The notes beneath the pieces were generated by a model. It was not told the origin of the DNA and made no database searches. It worked only from the letters and a program-made list of their open reading frames with translations. A stretch of 64,000 bases of DNA from Octopus bimaculoides (taxonomy: Eukaryota): assembly GCF_001194135.2 (NCBI RefSeq), contig NC_068991.1, positions 51,112,961 through 51,176,960 of the forward strand, given 5' to 3'. The translations under genes were made by a program, and so were the position numbers. Positions 40,925 through 53,962 of the stretch are shown here, piece after piece. Position 1 is the stretch's first letter. Each line of letters begins with the position of its first letter.

Positions 40925-41390
40925 ATTATCATCATCATCACACGTTTGTTGTCTATGCTGGCATGGATTGGATGGTTTGATCAGGGCTGCCAAGCTGAGG
41001 CATGCACCAGACTTCAGCCTGATTTTGCATGGCTTCTATGGACGGATGCCCTTCCTAATGCCAACCACTCTGAGAGTGTAACAAGTGCTTCTATGTGCCA
41101 CTGGAATGAATGCCAGTTGAATGGATTCAGTATCTGTCATGACTATGATCTCATGTAACTTGATGGGTCTTCGTCTCAAGCATGGCATATTGCTGAAGGT
41201 TTTGGTCAATTTTTCATTGCCTCCATGAGGCCCAATGCATGGAAAGTGCTTTTTACATGCCACTGGCACAGGTGCTAGTTATGTGACACCAGCATTGGCC
41301 ACATTGTCTCCATGAGGCGCAATGCTTGAAGGTGCTTTTTACATGCCACAGGAAGAGGTGCTAGTGATGCGACACCAGCATCGGCCAAAC
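40925..41390 (-). mobile_element. RTE-tail copy with UTR repeats
   Basis: (atc)n, then ggatgcccttcctaatgccaaccactctgagagtg and duplicated tgctttttacatgccac blocks. Confidence 0.8.
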
Positions 41391-42677
41391 CTCTACAAGT
41401 ATATGAATACGTTTATCCCTCTTTCATAGAGTGAAGTCAAAATGTCCATAAACTTAAAATTTATGATTTTCCAGTTCGTAACTGGAAACTAAGCAATATT
41501 GATTACCTCAATTTTTTTTAAAGGCCTCATAATTATAGATAAGGAAAGTGAGATTATGTGACAAGCATGCTTTTTACAAATCCATTAGTGATGCAAGTTA
41601 AGTGAAATAACTGCAATCAGGTCAAGGATGCAGTATGTCGGTAGCTTACTCTTACTGTAGAACGACCGTTATTTGAAGGAACCATTTCCAAAGTCATTTT
41701 TATTTGACTTACTTTCTGCGTGCAAGTGCATGGCTTAAGATAACAAAAACCTTGCTTCAACAAAATAATCAAACATTGATTTCTCTCAGACTCTTGTCTT
41801 GAGTATTGTTTATTTTTAAATTTCTTGTATTTTATTAACTAAATCTATATAACATCATTGTTTTCCTACAACTAAAAAAAACAAAAAACACACATGCATT
41901 TTTATATTAGTTTAACCATAAAATTAAATCTTTGAGACCTAATAAAGAAAACAGTATGCTATATGGATTTTAACAGAAGATAGTACCACCAAAGGAGTAG
42001 ACATATCAATAAAGGGATTAAACATGTTGATTAGTGATTAGGGAGTAATAACTAATGATTAAACATGTTGACTTGTGATTAGTGATTGACCATGTTGATT
42101 AATGTGTGATACCACTGTAATTCTGGTCAAGACTAAGAATATCAAATATGTTATTTTTATTTTACATTTTCTCAGGAATCAATATATGATATGATTATAG
42201 TCTTTGAGATCAATTGTGAGGAATCTATAATTTTCTATTCTTTTCTTGTATGGCTGCTGTCCTCATAAGCAACAACAGTCTGCTTATCACATTAATCTCT
42301 GACTGGAATATACAACTGAATATATGAATGAGAGAGAGAGAGAGTGTGTGTGTGTGTGTGAAGGCATGTGGCTTAGTGGCTAGGGTATTCTGGCTCATGA
42401 TTGTAATCTTGTGAGTTTGATACCCAGTGGCACATTGTGTCCTTGAGTAAGACAGTTTAGTTCTCATTGCTTCAATCCACTCATCTGGCAATTATGAGTT
42501 GCATCCATAATTCAAAGGGCCAGCCTTGTCACACTCTGTGTCATTCTGAATCTCCCTGTGAACTAAGTTAACAGTATTGATATATGTGAAGTGCTCAGCC
42601 ATTTGCACGTTAATTTCACAAGCAGACCGCTCAGTTGGAACACTCATCATTTGTAAATAACAGAGAGCCTGGCCAGT

Positions 42678-42715
<38 letters not shown>

Positions 42716-42801
42716 AAAATAAGGGTGTTGAATGATTACAACACTACTCTGCTAGAAATAGACCCCAAATGGTCTATGAACCACTTAGATCATTACTCCA
42801 C

Positions 42802-42857
<56 letters not shown>

Positions 42858-42858
<1 letters not shown>

Positions 42859-44085
42859 TTAAGGCAATTGAAGTTTCGGGCTTTAGTAACTATCTATAAA
42901 TGTGATAAGATAGGAAATTTATACATCACTTTGTTTCAGATTAAATAAATTCAGATTTATAAATTAGATAATGGCTAAAGGCCAAAATACAGTCATAACA
43001 GAAAATACAGAAAAGTAATACAGCAAGAGCAAAAATGTTTAAAATTAGCCGACAACAATCTGAAAAATTGTCAAGAAATTTCAAGAGACTGGTTCCACTG
43101 CTGATCGACCTAGACATGGCTGAAAAAGATGTGTGTGGACCCCTCAGCTTATAAAAAGTATCAGAGAAAAGATATGGCAAAATCCTCATTGTTTCATCAG
43201 AAGACTCTCTGCCACAGCAAAAATAAGCCAAACATCGATGTATCGAGTGTTGAAGGAGGATCTCAGGACCCACCCCTATAAGATGATCTGCTGTCATGAG
43301 CTAATGCAAGTTTAGAAGGCCATGAGACTGGAGAGAAGTCATCTTATCTTGCGTCAGATTGCTGAAGGTATGCTGCCCAACCTGACGTTCACTGATGAAA
43401 AGAAATTTGACATTGAGCAGACAGTAAATCACCAGAATGACCAATTTTGGTGTATATCTGGCTCTGTCAAGGGTAGACTTATAAATCGACATCAGAATCC
43501 ACAGTCAGTTATGATTTGGGCAGCTGTAGCAGCCACTGGAAGGTCTCCCCTTGTTTTTGTGCCCTTGAGTGTTAAAATTAAAACCCATCGATACATTAGC
43601 AACATTCTAGAAGCTGAACTGCTTCCATGGGCGAGTGAGCACTTTCAAAGCGCACCTTGGAGACTCCAACAGGAATCGACACCATCCCACAGCTCCAAAC
43701 AGACTCAACACTGGATTCAAAAAAGCATTCCATCATTTATAGGCAAGGGTGTGTTGCCCTCAAGAAGCTCTGATCTCAACCCATGGATTTTTTCTGTTTG
43801 GTTCATTTTGGAGATGAGGGTCTCAAGCACTCATGCTTCGCTTGATGCTCTGAAGGCAAAACTGCACCAGGAATGGGCTTCAATCCCACAAGAACAGCTG
43901 CATGCCATGTGTGAAGTATTCACACCTAGACGTAAGCCTGTGATTTGAAACATTTGGTCATATCGAATAAATGTGGTCATGTCATCATTGTGTTTCCTTT
44001 ACCATTGCATTGCAATGCTTGGACCTGAAATATAACAATATTTTATTTTGTAAAAAGTTGGTTGCCTTAATTTTAGGACACTCTG
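42858..44085 (+). mobile_element. Tc1/mariner DD37D (maT-type) DNA transposon, inactivated
   Basis: ORF 43322-43948 contains FTDEKKF, SVMIWAAV, LQQESTPSH and SDLNP. An upstream HTH part lies in the same frame, interrupted by stops. Right TIR ...gttgccttaattttaggacactctg is followed by TA; the left TIR remnant attaaggcaa abuts (TA)n(CA)n. Confidence 0.92.
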
Positions 44086-44156
44086 TATAGGGTACTGTTC
44101 CATAATAGTAATATCAATAAAAAAAAAGTACTCCATCTGGTGAGAGATAATTATTA

Positions 44157-44371
44157 TTTAATAAACACAATATATATCTTATGTGCTGCTTTTAATTTCA
44201 TGCAATGAAAGCATGGCAGACAGTATTTTTTAACACACCTGGTGCCTTAGTGCAATTTTTGTGCCTGAAGATTGCACCAAACTGCCTGACATATTAGAAA
44301 ATACTGTCTGGCATGCTTTCATTGCATGAAACTAATAGTAGCACATAAAAATATATATTGTGCTTATTAAA
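44157..44371. repeat. Long inverted repeat (about 77-bp arms)
   Basis: ttcatgcaatgaaagcatggcagacagtatttt / aaaatactgtctggcatgctttcattgcatgaa core, plus an inner gtgcaat/attgcac stem. Confidence 0.85.
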
Positions 44372-45851
44372 CTATATATAGTTTCTAAGATTGTATGAGG
44401 CTTCTTTATACACAAGTATCATACAATCTGCTTTCCTTTTGTTATCAATAGAGCTAATAACGAATAAGAGATGAGTGAGATGAGAATGTTGGAGGGTGGG
44501 GAACAGCTTGAGTCCAAGGAGCAGAGATCACTATAATAGCAATAGAAAAAACAGGATAATATTTCAAATTTCTTGTTAAACAGGAAATTCAAGGCTCAGG
44601 TCATGCAGGCCAATTTTGAATAAGGTTAGGGTCACTAGCATTTTTCTGAAGCTTGACTGTGAAGTAGGTAGGGACATCCAGGGACACCTTCTGTATAAAG
44701 AACTTATAGTTAAATATGGCCTTATATAATTAATGTGCAGGAAAATGCTTAATTCATTAGAAAATAATCATTAGCATTAATGATTATTCTTAGTTTAGAA
44801 AAATAAGGGAGACAACTAGTATATCAAAATTAAAACTAAAATGAAATCATAGAATGTGTGAGTCTGATTTGTGGTAATCATGATGACAACTCCAGACATG
44901 TTTTGGTCTTATTGCACCTCAACAGTTCATAGTATTACAGTATTGACTAGATCTTATCTAATTACATCACTGGTACTGTCAGCTTGAAGGATAATTATTT
45001 TACAAATTGTGGTTTGTAAAATTGCTGTGTGATTAGGAAGTTCACCTGGCAACCATAAGGTTTGGGGTTTGATTCCACTGCACAACACTTTGGTAAGATG
45101 TCTTTTACTGAAGCTTTTAGTTGACTAATGGTCTGTGAGAGAAATTTGAAAGCTGGAAATTGTGCCTGTTGCTTGTGTGTGTATATGCATGTGTGTGTGT
45201 GTGTACTCAAGTAAAATGGTATATTGGTATCATAGCCCGTCTGATAAATAGGTATGGATAAAGTCTTGGTATCAGTTGGTAAAAGAATATGAATCATTGA
45301 TCCTATAATTCATGGTGGTGGTGGTGGTGGCATCATCGATGATGATCTTTTGGTCTTGTGTATTCTATTGTTCCATCAACTGAACTCCCAACTTGTTAAA
45401 TTAATGTCTATGTGGCTACAACTGTAGCCCTAATTTAACCCCAGACAGATGCAACATGAAACAGTATGTGACAAGGCTGAACCTTGCAATTACTCATACA
45501 ATCCATCTGATAAGCTTCCCTACAGTTTCCATACATCCAATGTTAGTCAAAGAGTTGGGTAGAACCAAGGCTTGGCCCCACATTCCATGTAGTGGAATTG
45601 AACCTGATACCTCATAACGGTGAAGAAAACTGCTTCTAGCAGTTTGAGAGACCCAATACAGGCCCCCCCCCCACTGCCTCAAGAAATTATGTAGAATATT
45701 TTACTGCAGTCAATGGTTTTAGTAATTGTTGTGGATGTTGTGATATGCTTTTTTTTTTATTATGCTATATAATATTATATTCTTTGTAATGTTTATTTTA
45801 TTTTTTTATTATTTTTGAATGGTAATTTCTATGTGTTTTTCTTACATTTAG

Positions 45852-46065
45852 GCAATCTCGAGCTGAATTGCAATCCCTGGCTCATCTTATTGAGTCTATG
45901 TGGACTCAGCACAATCCACCGGTGTCACCAAACAGCCTGGATTTAGATCAGATGTTCAGCTTCCTGCAAGAAGAAAAGGCTAACGACCAATTAGAGACTA
46001 ACGATAAAGAAGAAGCCGTCAATCAAATAAATGAGGCCTTTGAAGTGTTGAATGATCTTTGGGAG
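45852..46065 (+). CDS. Next internal coding exon of the same gene (proximal tail)
   Basis: cttacatttag acceptor, GAG|gtaaat donor. The first G completes CG|G (Arg) from the previous exon, giving RQSRAELQSLAHLIESMWTQHNPPVSPNSLDLDQMFSFLQEEKANDQLETNDKEEAVNQINEAFEVLNDLWE. LDQMFSFL resembles the VDKMFGFL motif after the charged helix of myosin VIIa. Myosin class not assigned. Confidence 0.85.
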
Positions 46066-46292
46066 GTAAATAGCAATATGTTTCTTTTGCTTACCATTAC
46101 AATTAGCTTCTCCTGTTAAGTAAAACTACTGATGGATTTTATGTTATTATTTGTACTATTTTATCTCTGAATTTTTGCCAATAAAACACATGTATACACA
46201 TACATGCACACATATGTGAGTGCGTAAGTGTGTATGTTACTGTGTTTATATATATATAAGCATGTATATGTATGGTGCATGTGTATATATAT

Positions 46293-46547
46293 ATGCGAAC
46301 CCATGGAAAACAAACTTCAACCAGCTATTCTGATTATATGTCTGTGCACACGTTTGAATGTGGTGTGTGCCAGAGGGCTTGCAAATCCAATGGGGGTCTT
46401 AAAAGACATATTAGGATCCACATTGCGCAGAAATTACCTGCAAGTATTCATAGTACAAATCAGAGGTGCAATCTGTGTGGGTGTTTTTTCAAAACATTGT
46501 CTGATTTAAAAAGCCACATCAGACGCCATGAAAGAGCTAAGGTGTAG
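46293..46547 (+). pseudogene. Two C2H2 zinc fingers plus a partial third; probably the C-terminus of a 5'-truncated LINE
   Basis: FECGVCQRACKSNGGLKRHIRIH and [23 protein letters not shown] are intact C-x2-C-x12-H-x3-H motifs, preceded by MRTH. Stop at 46545-46547, then about 45 nt of unique sequence and a long (TA)n tract. Confidence 0.7.
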
Positions 46548-46604
46548 GTGCAGGTGGTGGTCAAACTCTGTGTAAGGAGTAGACAACCACCATATATATA
46601 TATA

Positions 46605-46635
<31 letters not shown>

Positions 46636-46662
46636 AGATATAGATATACATATATTTATATA

Positions 46663-46719
<57 letters not shown>

Positions 46720-46884
46720 ATACATACATGCATACATACATACATACATACATACATGCATATGTATACACACACATATATACATATATATATGCATACA
46801 TTTATTCACACACACATGTATATGTATATGTCAATAAGCGATTGGTTAACATTTAAAAGAAGATACTTCACCTTGATTCACCGC

Positions 46885-47320
46885 TGGTAAATGTAACTTT
46901 GATCAACAAGTGATAGCGAGGCTGATGCACTGGAACAGTCAAGTGTCCTCACCAGTTACCTCTGCAATGTGAGTTGCCAGTGAAGACAGAAATCTTGCAG
47001 TCAGTGGTCCGACCCCCACCAAATGTCTCGAACGCCACAGGATGGAAAATGTAGTTGGCCGACAGATCACATATTTCAGGATTTTGTTCTGCTCAGCTGC
47101 AGAAGCTGTGGATCTCGTCCTGACTGCAGCATCAAGGATGTGAGAAGAAGTAAAGGAGTTGCTAACTGTAGCATCCCAGACAAGGCATCTGCCTTGTGAC
47201 CAGGGGCGCAGCGTGAGGCCATCAAGTCACTTCCCATCACATCTGAACAATCCAGATGGTTCCAAGATGGAGGGGATGTTTGCCCAGGCCGTGTACCAGA
47301 TTTCAAAGATCATATTTCCA
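46885..47320 (-). mobile_element. Non-LTR retrotransposon restriction-like endonuclease remnant (CRE-type)
   Basis: [40 protein letters not shown]...AASAAEQNKILKY /fs/ DLSANYIFHPVAFETFGG /fs/ VGPLTARFL...LFQCISLAI. Retains the (R)PDG...WD and KxxKY hallmarks. Confidence 0.85.
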
Positions 47321-50300
47321 TGTGCCACAATTATTTTAGTTATCTCAATTAATTGAGTTTTTTTATTTTTTTTTTTTATCTCTGTCTCATAATAAAACCT
47401 TTATTAATTGTGGCCACCCTGATTATATGCAATTATTTGTTTCTTAGCAAACGTTTATGAATTACATTTTGCAATCTATCCTATATTCAATATGTGAAAT
47501 CAGGAATGGGACAATATTGCTATGCAAATGCTTATTCACTGAATGTCAGTAACATTCAGAATTCTGTTAATGGTATGTAAATATCTTCTTAGAAGTGTTC
47601 CGGTTATATTTCTAACCTCCTTTATAATAAGAATTTTTTGTTGCACAATATAAAATTAAAACATCAAGAACAGTGAGAGAACTTCTACTGGAATACCTTT
47701 TAAGCTGTTTTCTGTTTTTCAAGCTCAGTATTAATATTAAAAGACCCCATCAAGTTCCTATTCTTCATCTCTTTGTGTGTAAAATCAATCCTATTAGTCA
47801 TCATCCTTTGATACATATTGTCCTCTAACCTGTTGTCTGCATGTCAGAGTTGTAACAGTCTACAATTATTCTTTAATTATTTAATGTTTCCACTATGTTA
47901 TTATAACTTTGCAATATTATCTCTGGAGTATAACAGACATATCTAATTCTTATGAGTAAAGCTGTGAGGACCAGCTATATATGCTAATTTCAGTTTACAT
48001 GTTGTGTGTTCAAACTCGTTGCAGGTAAAGACAAAAAAATGTTTCTGAACACAGCATGTTTTTAATTCACCAAATTATTGGGAATTGAAACCAAATCTGG
48101 AAACATTTGTTGGTTCCATGGCTGCCAGCAATAGAAAGCTACCCCCACCCCCACTTCCCAGTGTAGATTTTACTAAAAAATTCTGTAACTTCTCCAGATA
48201 CAAGATCACATGATGTGATAGCTTCATAAAATTTTATGAACCGAACCCTTATGTTCATTGCATTAATTAACAAATGAAAGTATAATTACTCTAATCAAGT
48301 AAAAAAAATCTTTCACTTACACAAGACTGATGAATCATTGCTTTAGTTTTGATTAAATGAATTTTAATTCATTCTTCAATTGAAAAAAGTTTCTAGGTAA
48401 AACTTTCTAGCTAAGGATTTAAATTACCATAATAGATGCTGATGTGGCTGTGCAGTAAGAAGTTTGCTTCCGAGCCAGGTTCAGTCCCACTGTGTGGCAT
48501 TTTGGCCAAATGTCTTTTACTATAGCCTTAGGCCGAAGCCTGTCATATATATATATATANNNNNNNNNNNNNNNNNNNNNNNNNNNNNNNNNNNNNNNNN
48601 NNNNNNNNNNNNNNNNNNNNNNNNNNNNNNNNNNNNNNNNNNNNNNNNNNNNNNNNNNNNNNNNNNNNNNNNNNNNNNNNNNNNNNNNNNNNNNNNNNNN
48701 NNNNNNNNNNNNNNNNNNNNNTTCAGCCAGAGTTCTTTTGTCACACTTCTGTGACCTCATCAGTGGTCCTTTGCTTTCTTCTTTCTTATTTGTGTGTTTT
48801 TCCTTACTAACGATCAGCTGAAATATGATTAATGTAAAAAATAAAATAAAGCTGAAGCAAATTAACACTAAATATATTGTGCATGTGTTTTTATTGGCTA
48901 AACTGGCAACATGACCATCCCCAAATACAACAATATCTGTTTCAACACACGATTTCACATCAAGAATCTTGCAAAACGAATATATGTACCCATATATGCC
49001 TGTATGTATACATATAGATGTAGGTATGTACATATATGTATGGATATATGCATATGTCTATATATCATTTATATTATATAAATATATGAGAGGTATTAGT
49101 ATCTAGAAGACCCATCCATAATATCCCTGAAACAGCTGTAAGACTATTTCATCATTATAAATGTCCTGAAAACTCCTCATAGCCTTGACTTTGTTATCTC
49201 ATTCTTCTGTCTAATGTGTGTGTGTGTGTGTGTGTGTGTGTGTCTTTGTGTCTTTGTGTCTGTGTTTGTCCCGCATCACTACTTGACAACTGGTGTTGGT
49301 ATGTTTATGCCTCAGTAACATGGCAAAAGAGACTGATAGAATAAGTAGCAGACTTAAAAATCAAGTACTGGGTGGGGTGTGTCAATTCATTTGACTAAAA
49401 TTCCTCCAAGTGGTGCACCAGCATAGCTGCAGTCTAATTATTGAAACAAGCAAAAGGTAAAAACAATTATCACATATAGAGCAGTATCAGACATATTATT
49501 TCTTGAGTTACTATATTTTGAAAATGTTTCAATCTTTAAAATTGTGAGAATGATAGGAAACACATTTGGTGAGGCATCTTTTGTAGTGTTGCATTCAAAA
49601 TCTTAAGTGGGTCCTTTTTAAATATAATTTTCATCTAACTAGGAATAAATGAAGTAGCATGTCTATCTCAGGATATAGTACAGTACATGAGATACAGTAC
49701 TAAGGATACAGCATATGTGCCATATTATGAGATACTAGCCCAACTTGTGCACCTAACAATGAAGGACTCAGTTTGTTTTGAGTCTCTTTTAACAAACTTA
49801 TCGAGAAAGAGAAAAAGATTTGCTTAAGATCTATAAAGAACTGAATGAATATAATTTACAAAAAAACGCATTTAACCAAGGAGAAATTGAACTTATAACT
49901 TAATATCCCATTTTATATTGGTTTCAAATTTTGGCACAAAGCCAGCAATTTTGGTGGAAGAGGCAAGTCAATTAGATCAACCCCCGTGTCCAATTGGTAC
50001 TTATTTTATTGGCTCGAAAGGATGAACGGCTAAGTTAACCTCAGTTGAATTTGAACTCAGAACGTAAAGACATGAAATGCCATTAAGCATTTTGCCTGAC
50101 ATGCTAATGATTCTACTACCTTGCCACCTTAATTACAACCCTATTCATATCAATATCAGCCACATGTTGATTAATTCTTTAACATTTAAACTGGCTATAT
50201 CTGGCCAAAAGTCACTACTTGATTTATGTTCAAACTGGCCAGATCCTGCCTCTTGCACCTACCCTACATTGTTAGTCTAAGATATATACAGCCACATAAC

Positions 50301-50893
50301 TGTAATCTCATATAAGATAATGCAAGATAAATTCAAAACTATGTAAATAAATAAGCATTATATTTGATAGAATAATCTGAATGCTAAAGGGTTAATATCA
50401 GATGTGACAATTATAAGCCTTTAACTAATAAATTAGCTCAAGTAAATCATGGATTGAGTTTGTTACTAGAGTTGAAGTGTTCACTGGTATTAAAGTTTAC
50501 TTAAGTTGAGTGAAGCAGATAGAATAATATGCTTCTAGTTAGCATTTGAAGTTACTGAGCTTGTGGTTTGCTGTGTGTGTGTAGTCTACACTAGACGATT
50601 GTTATGGTTGAGAAACAATAAAGAGAAAGAAATCTGTCCCTTGCTGTGGTTGTTGGCTATTTTACTAAAATAGTTGGCAAATAATAAATTCAATTATTCA
50701 AGCCCTAAACTATTGGCATTCCTCATAATGAACAACAATATAGAGTGAAAAATAGAGGATGAATCGATGAATAGAGACACATCTAAATAGAGAAAGTAAT
50801 AGAGGATGAGGGAACTATATGGGAAGGTAACAGGCAGAATAGTTACAAGGAGTGAGCAAATGAATAAGAGAGAGAGGTGGGGGAGTTAGAGAG

Positions 50894-50924
<31 letters not shown>

Positions 50925-51759
50925 GGAATGGAAGGAGGATGAAGAGGAGAAGCAGGTTGTGTGTATGTGTGTGCTCATGTAAAAGTTATATCTAAGACAC
51001 TATGAAACACTTCTCCTAAGCTGCCAATTCTGATAAAAGTTTTGTCTTAAGTTGCATTGTTACCTTTGAAGATAAAACCCATGTGCCAAAAGTAGATGAT
51101 AGATTTATTTGAAATCTCAGTGTAGCTTGCAGCAAAGATCAATGTTTGTGAAGTCTTCTGAGACATTTTGCTCTGACTCTAACTTTAGCCTACTTCCACT
51201 GTTTCTCCAGGAATAATGCCAATAAGTTTGTTTATGGCCAGGCAGACAGGCAGACAGGTTGGTAGGTTGGCAGATAGGGTGGGGGTCGGGGTAAGACAAC
51301 AGTACTGAAACTGTTGTTTAATCAATGTTTGTAATTGAGGGAAGCAGCATCTCTTCCACTCAATCAGGAGAATGATTGCTCTGAATTTTACCACTCTTTC
51401 TGGCACTTTTTAATTACTCTACAAACATCAAGGCTCATTTCAACAATGGTTTTTGCCTTTATTTTTATTGACTTTAATTAACTTAACAATTAGAGGATCT
51501 CTTTATTAACTTTTTTTGTTTATTAATCCACTGTTATTTATTTTATTTCATTTTCTGCTTAGTTGTAACCAACATAGCCTCCTCTCACCTCACACTGGGT
51601 TTGTTTGGGTTGGAGTGACTACTACATTAGAAAACAATATTTCCTAAGCAGTCCAGGCAAAATGTGTGAATTATTTGGTCCATCCCACATGTTAGCTTTG
51701 ATAACTTAGATATGTTTCAACCAAAGATTGGCCCAGGCCATGTTGAAGTTAGTAGCACC

Positions 51760-52190
51760 ACCTCATAGACAAACAGACAGGCAGACACTGTAATTTTTTT
51801 AAAGTCAAGTTTTGTGGCCCATTTAAGTAGGGAGTTTTTGTTTACTGAGCTGCATCCAGGTATAGGTGGCTTATTTGGTATCCCTTGAAGAAATTTGTCC
51901 AAGTTTCATTTGAAGGTGATTGGATCTTTTTCTTTGATTTGTTTTGGGATAATGTTAAATAGAGCAGGGCTTGTTGAGGAAAAGAAATTGAGTTGCAGTG
52001 AATTTATGCATTGTGAGCCTGAATTGTGTAGGGAGCATACAGAATGTGATCCCAGCTTTGGATGATTCGAGCTGAGTTCCCCAGCATTAAGAGAATGAAG
52101 TTCCTTCACTGAACACTTATTTATTGTCACAGAAAGATGATGCTTATGGTGATGCATTCAAATTCTACTAAAGGCATGTTATTCAGTTTA
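51760..52190 (-). mobile_element. CR1/Crack-like LINE 3' end
   Basis: NFFSSTSPALFNIIPKQIKEKDPITFK..DKFLQGIPNKPPIPGCSSVNKNSLLKWA is a typical CR1-group ORF2 terminus. Confidence 0.7.
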
Positions 52191-53905
52191 TCTTTTATCA
52201 TTTACTTGTTTCAGTCATTGGACTACAGCCATGCTTGGGCACCACCTTGAAAGGGTTTTTTTTGTCAAATGAATTGACCCTGGTACTTTATAAATACTGG
52301 TGCTTATTCTACAAATCTTACTTGCTGAACTGCTAAAATACAAACCAAGATCAGATATCAAGCAAGGGGTTGGGGGTACAAACACAGTTTAATTCAGATA
52401 ACCAAAATCGAAAGAGGTAATAGCACTCATTTCTTGAGCAAGTGGTTATTATATTCAACAATGATGTTGCCTGAAAAATCTGTTAACTGATGCAAATGTG
52501 TACAGTGTGACCCATACTATGACACAGAAATATATTTTTAAATGTTTCAAAAACATTTTTTGAATTAAAAAAATATTAAATTTCAATATTCATTATTGGC
52601 AAAAAGTATTTTGAAAGAAAAGATAAAGGATTGTTATGGAGGGTTATTATCTCGAGTCTTCAGACCATGAATCGTATTAATGATGGAAATATGAGGGGTA
52701 ATTATGTTAATTGTGTGTATGTGCGTGTGTAGGGATGACATTAATAAAGATCATATTAATAGTTTTATTGGTGGCAGTTGGGGTTGTGTTAATGATGGAT
52801 GGCTGATTGCCTTGATGAGGGTGAGAGAGTTGAAGAGGGTGAGTGGGTGGGTGAGGATTGGTGACAGTAACAGTCATTATGGTGGTCGTGGGGAAGTATG
52901 CTTGGGATGAGAATGACTGTCATCATATCACTATTATGACAATGATCATTATGACCATCATTGTTACAATAATGGTAGTGGTGGCCATGGTGCCAGCAGT
53001 GACAAAACTGATAATGATTAATGTATGTTGAGATTATATTAAACACTGGTCTTCCCACCTGTCCCCCTTTCTGATCCCCTCACTCTCCATATTTATTGAT
53101 TTTCAAAGAGCAACACCATGTCTGATTATTATGTTTTTATGTACTTTTATACAGAATTTTCATGAAATTAGTCATTGATCTTATATCGAAATTTTAATAT
53201 GATTTAGTCATTACAGTGTTGTAGTTATGTTGATATTGATACAACTTTAATATAGTTCTGATATTGTTGTCATATTCCCATATATTTAATATAGATATTA
53301 TATGTTGAACATTGCTGCAGTTTTATTGTTGATTGTGTTATTGTTATTACACTGTAATAATTTTAAAGTAATGTCCCTTACATTATTAATGTTTTATTGA
53401 TTATTGTAGTTGGTATGTACAGTTTATATAGTTTGGTAAAGGTATTTTATTATTGAAACATTTTTTGTATCTAGTTTTTTTTTTTATATATTATATATTA
53501 TTGCACTTTGCTATGTTTGTTATACAATTGTATTAATGTAATTTTTTGATTGCTGTATTCTTATAATTTTAATATAGTTTGCTGCTAAACTGTTATACTT
53601 TAATATATTTTCATTTTCAATTATATATTAACACCTTTAATTAATTAAAAATTTAGAAAAAAAAATCTATGTTTTAAAAGCTTTCAGCTTTCTACTGAAT
53701 AAAAGCTTTTTAACAACAGCAACAACAACAGCAAATATTACAAAAGCCTGTGTCCATACATTAGGCATGCAGTTTACATAATTATAATTATTACATATTC
53801 ATGTATATTGTATGTATGTTGCAAGTGGATGTGTGTGTGTGTGTGTGTGCACGCACGCGTGTGTATTTGTGATTGTGTGTATTCAGCTGTGTGCATATGT
53901 GCATG

Positions 53906-53962
<57 letters not shown>

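Noticed and set aside
44130-44146. 17-nt motif actccatctggtgagag repeated near 54977
   Set aside because: Too short to define an element and the flanks do not clearly align.
48805-48850. TACTAAC-gatcAG then LKYD* and AATAAA, a possible short terminal exon
   Set aside because: The branch A is only about 7 nt from the AG and the pyrimidine tract lies upstream of the branch site, so the geometry is implausible.
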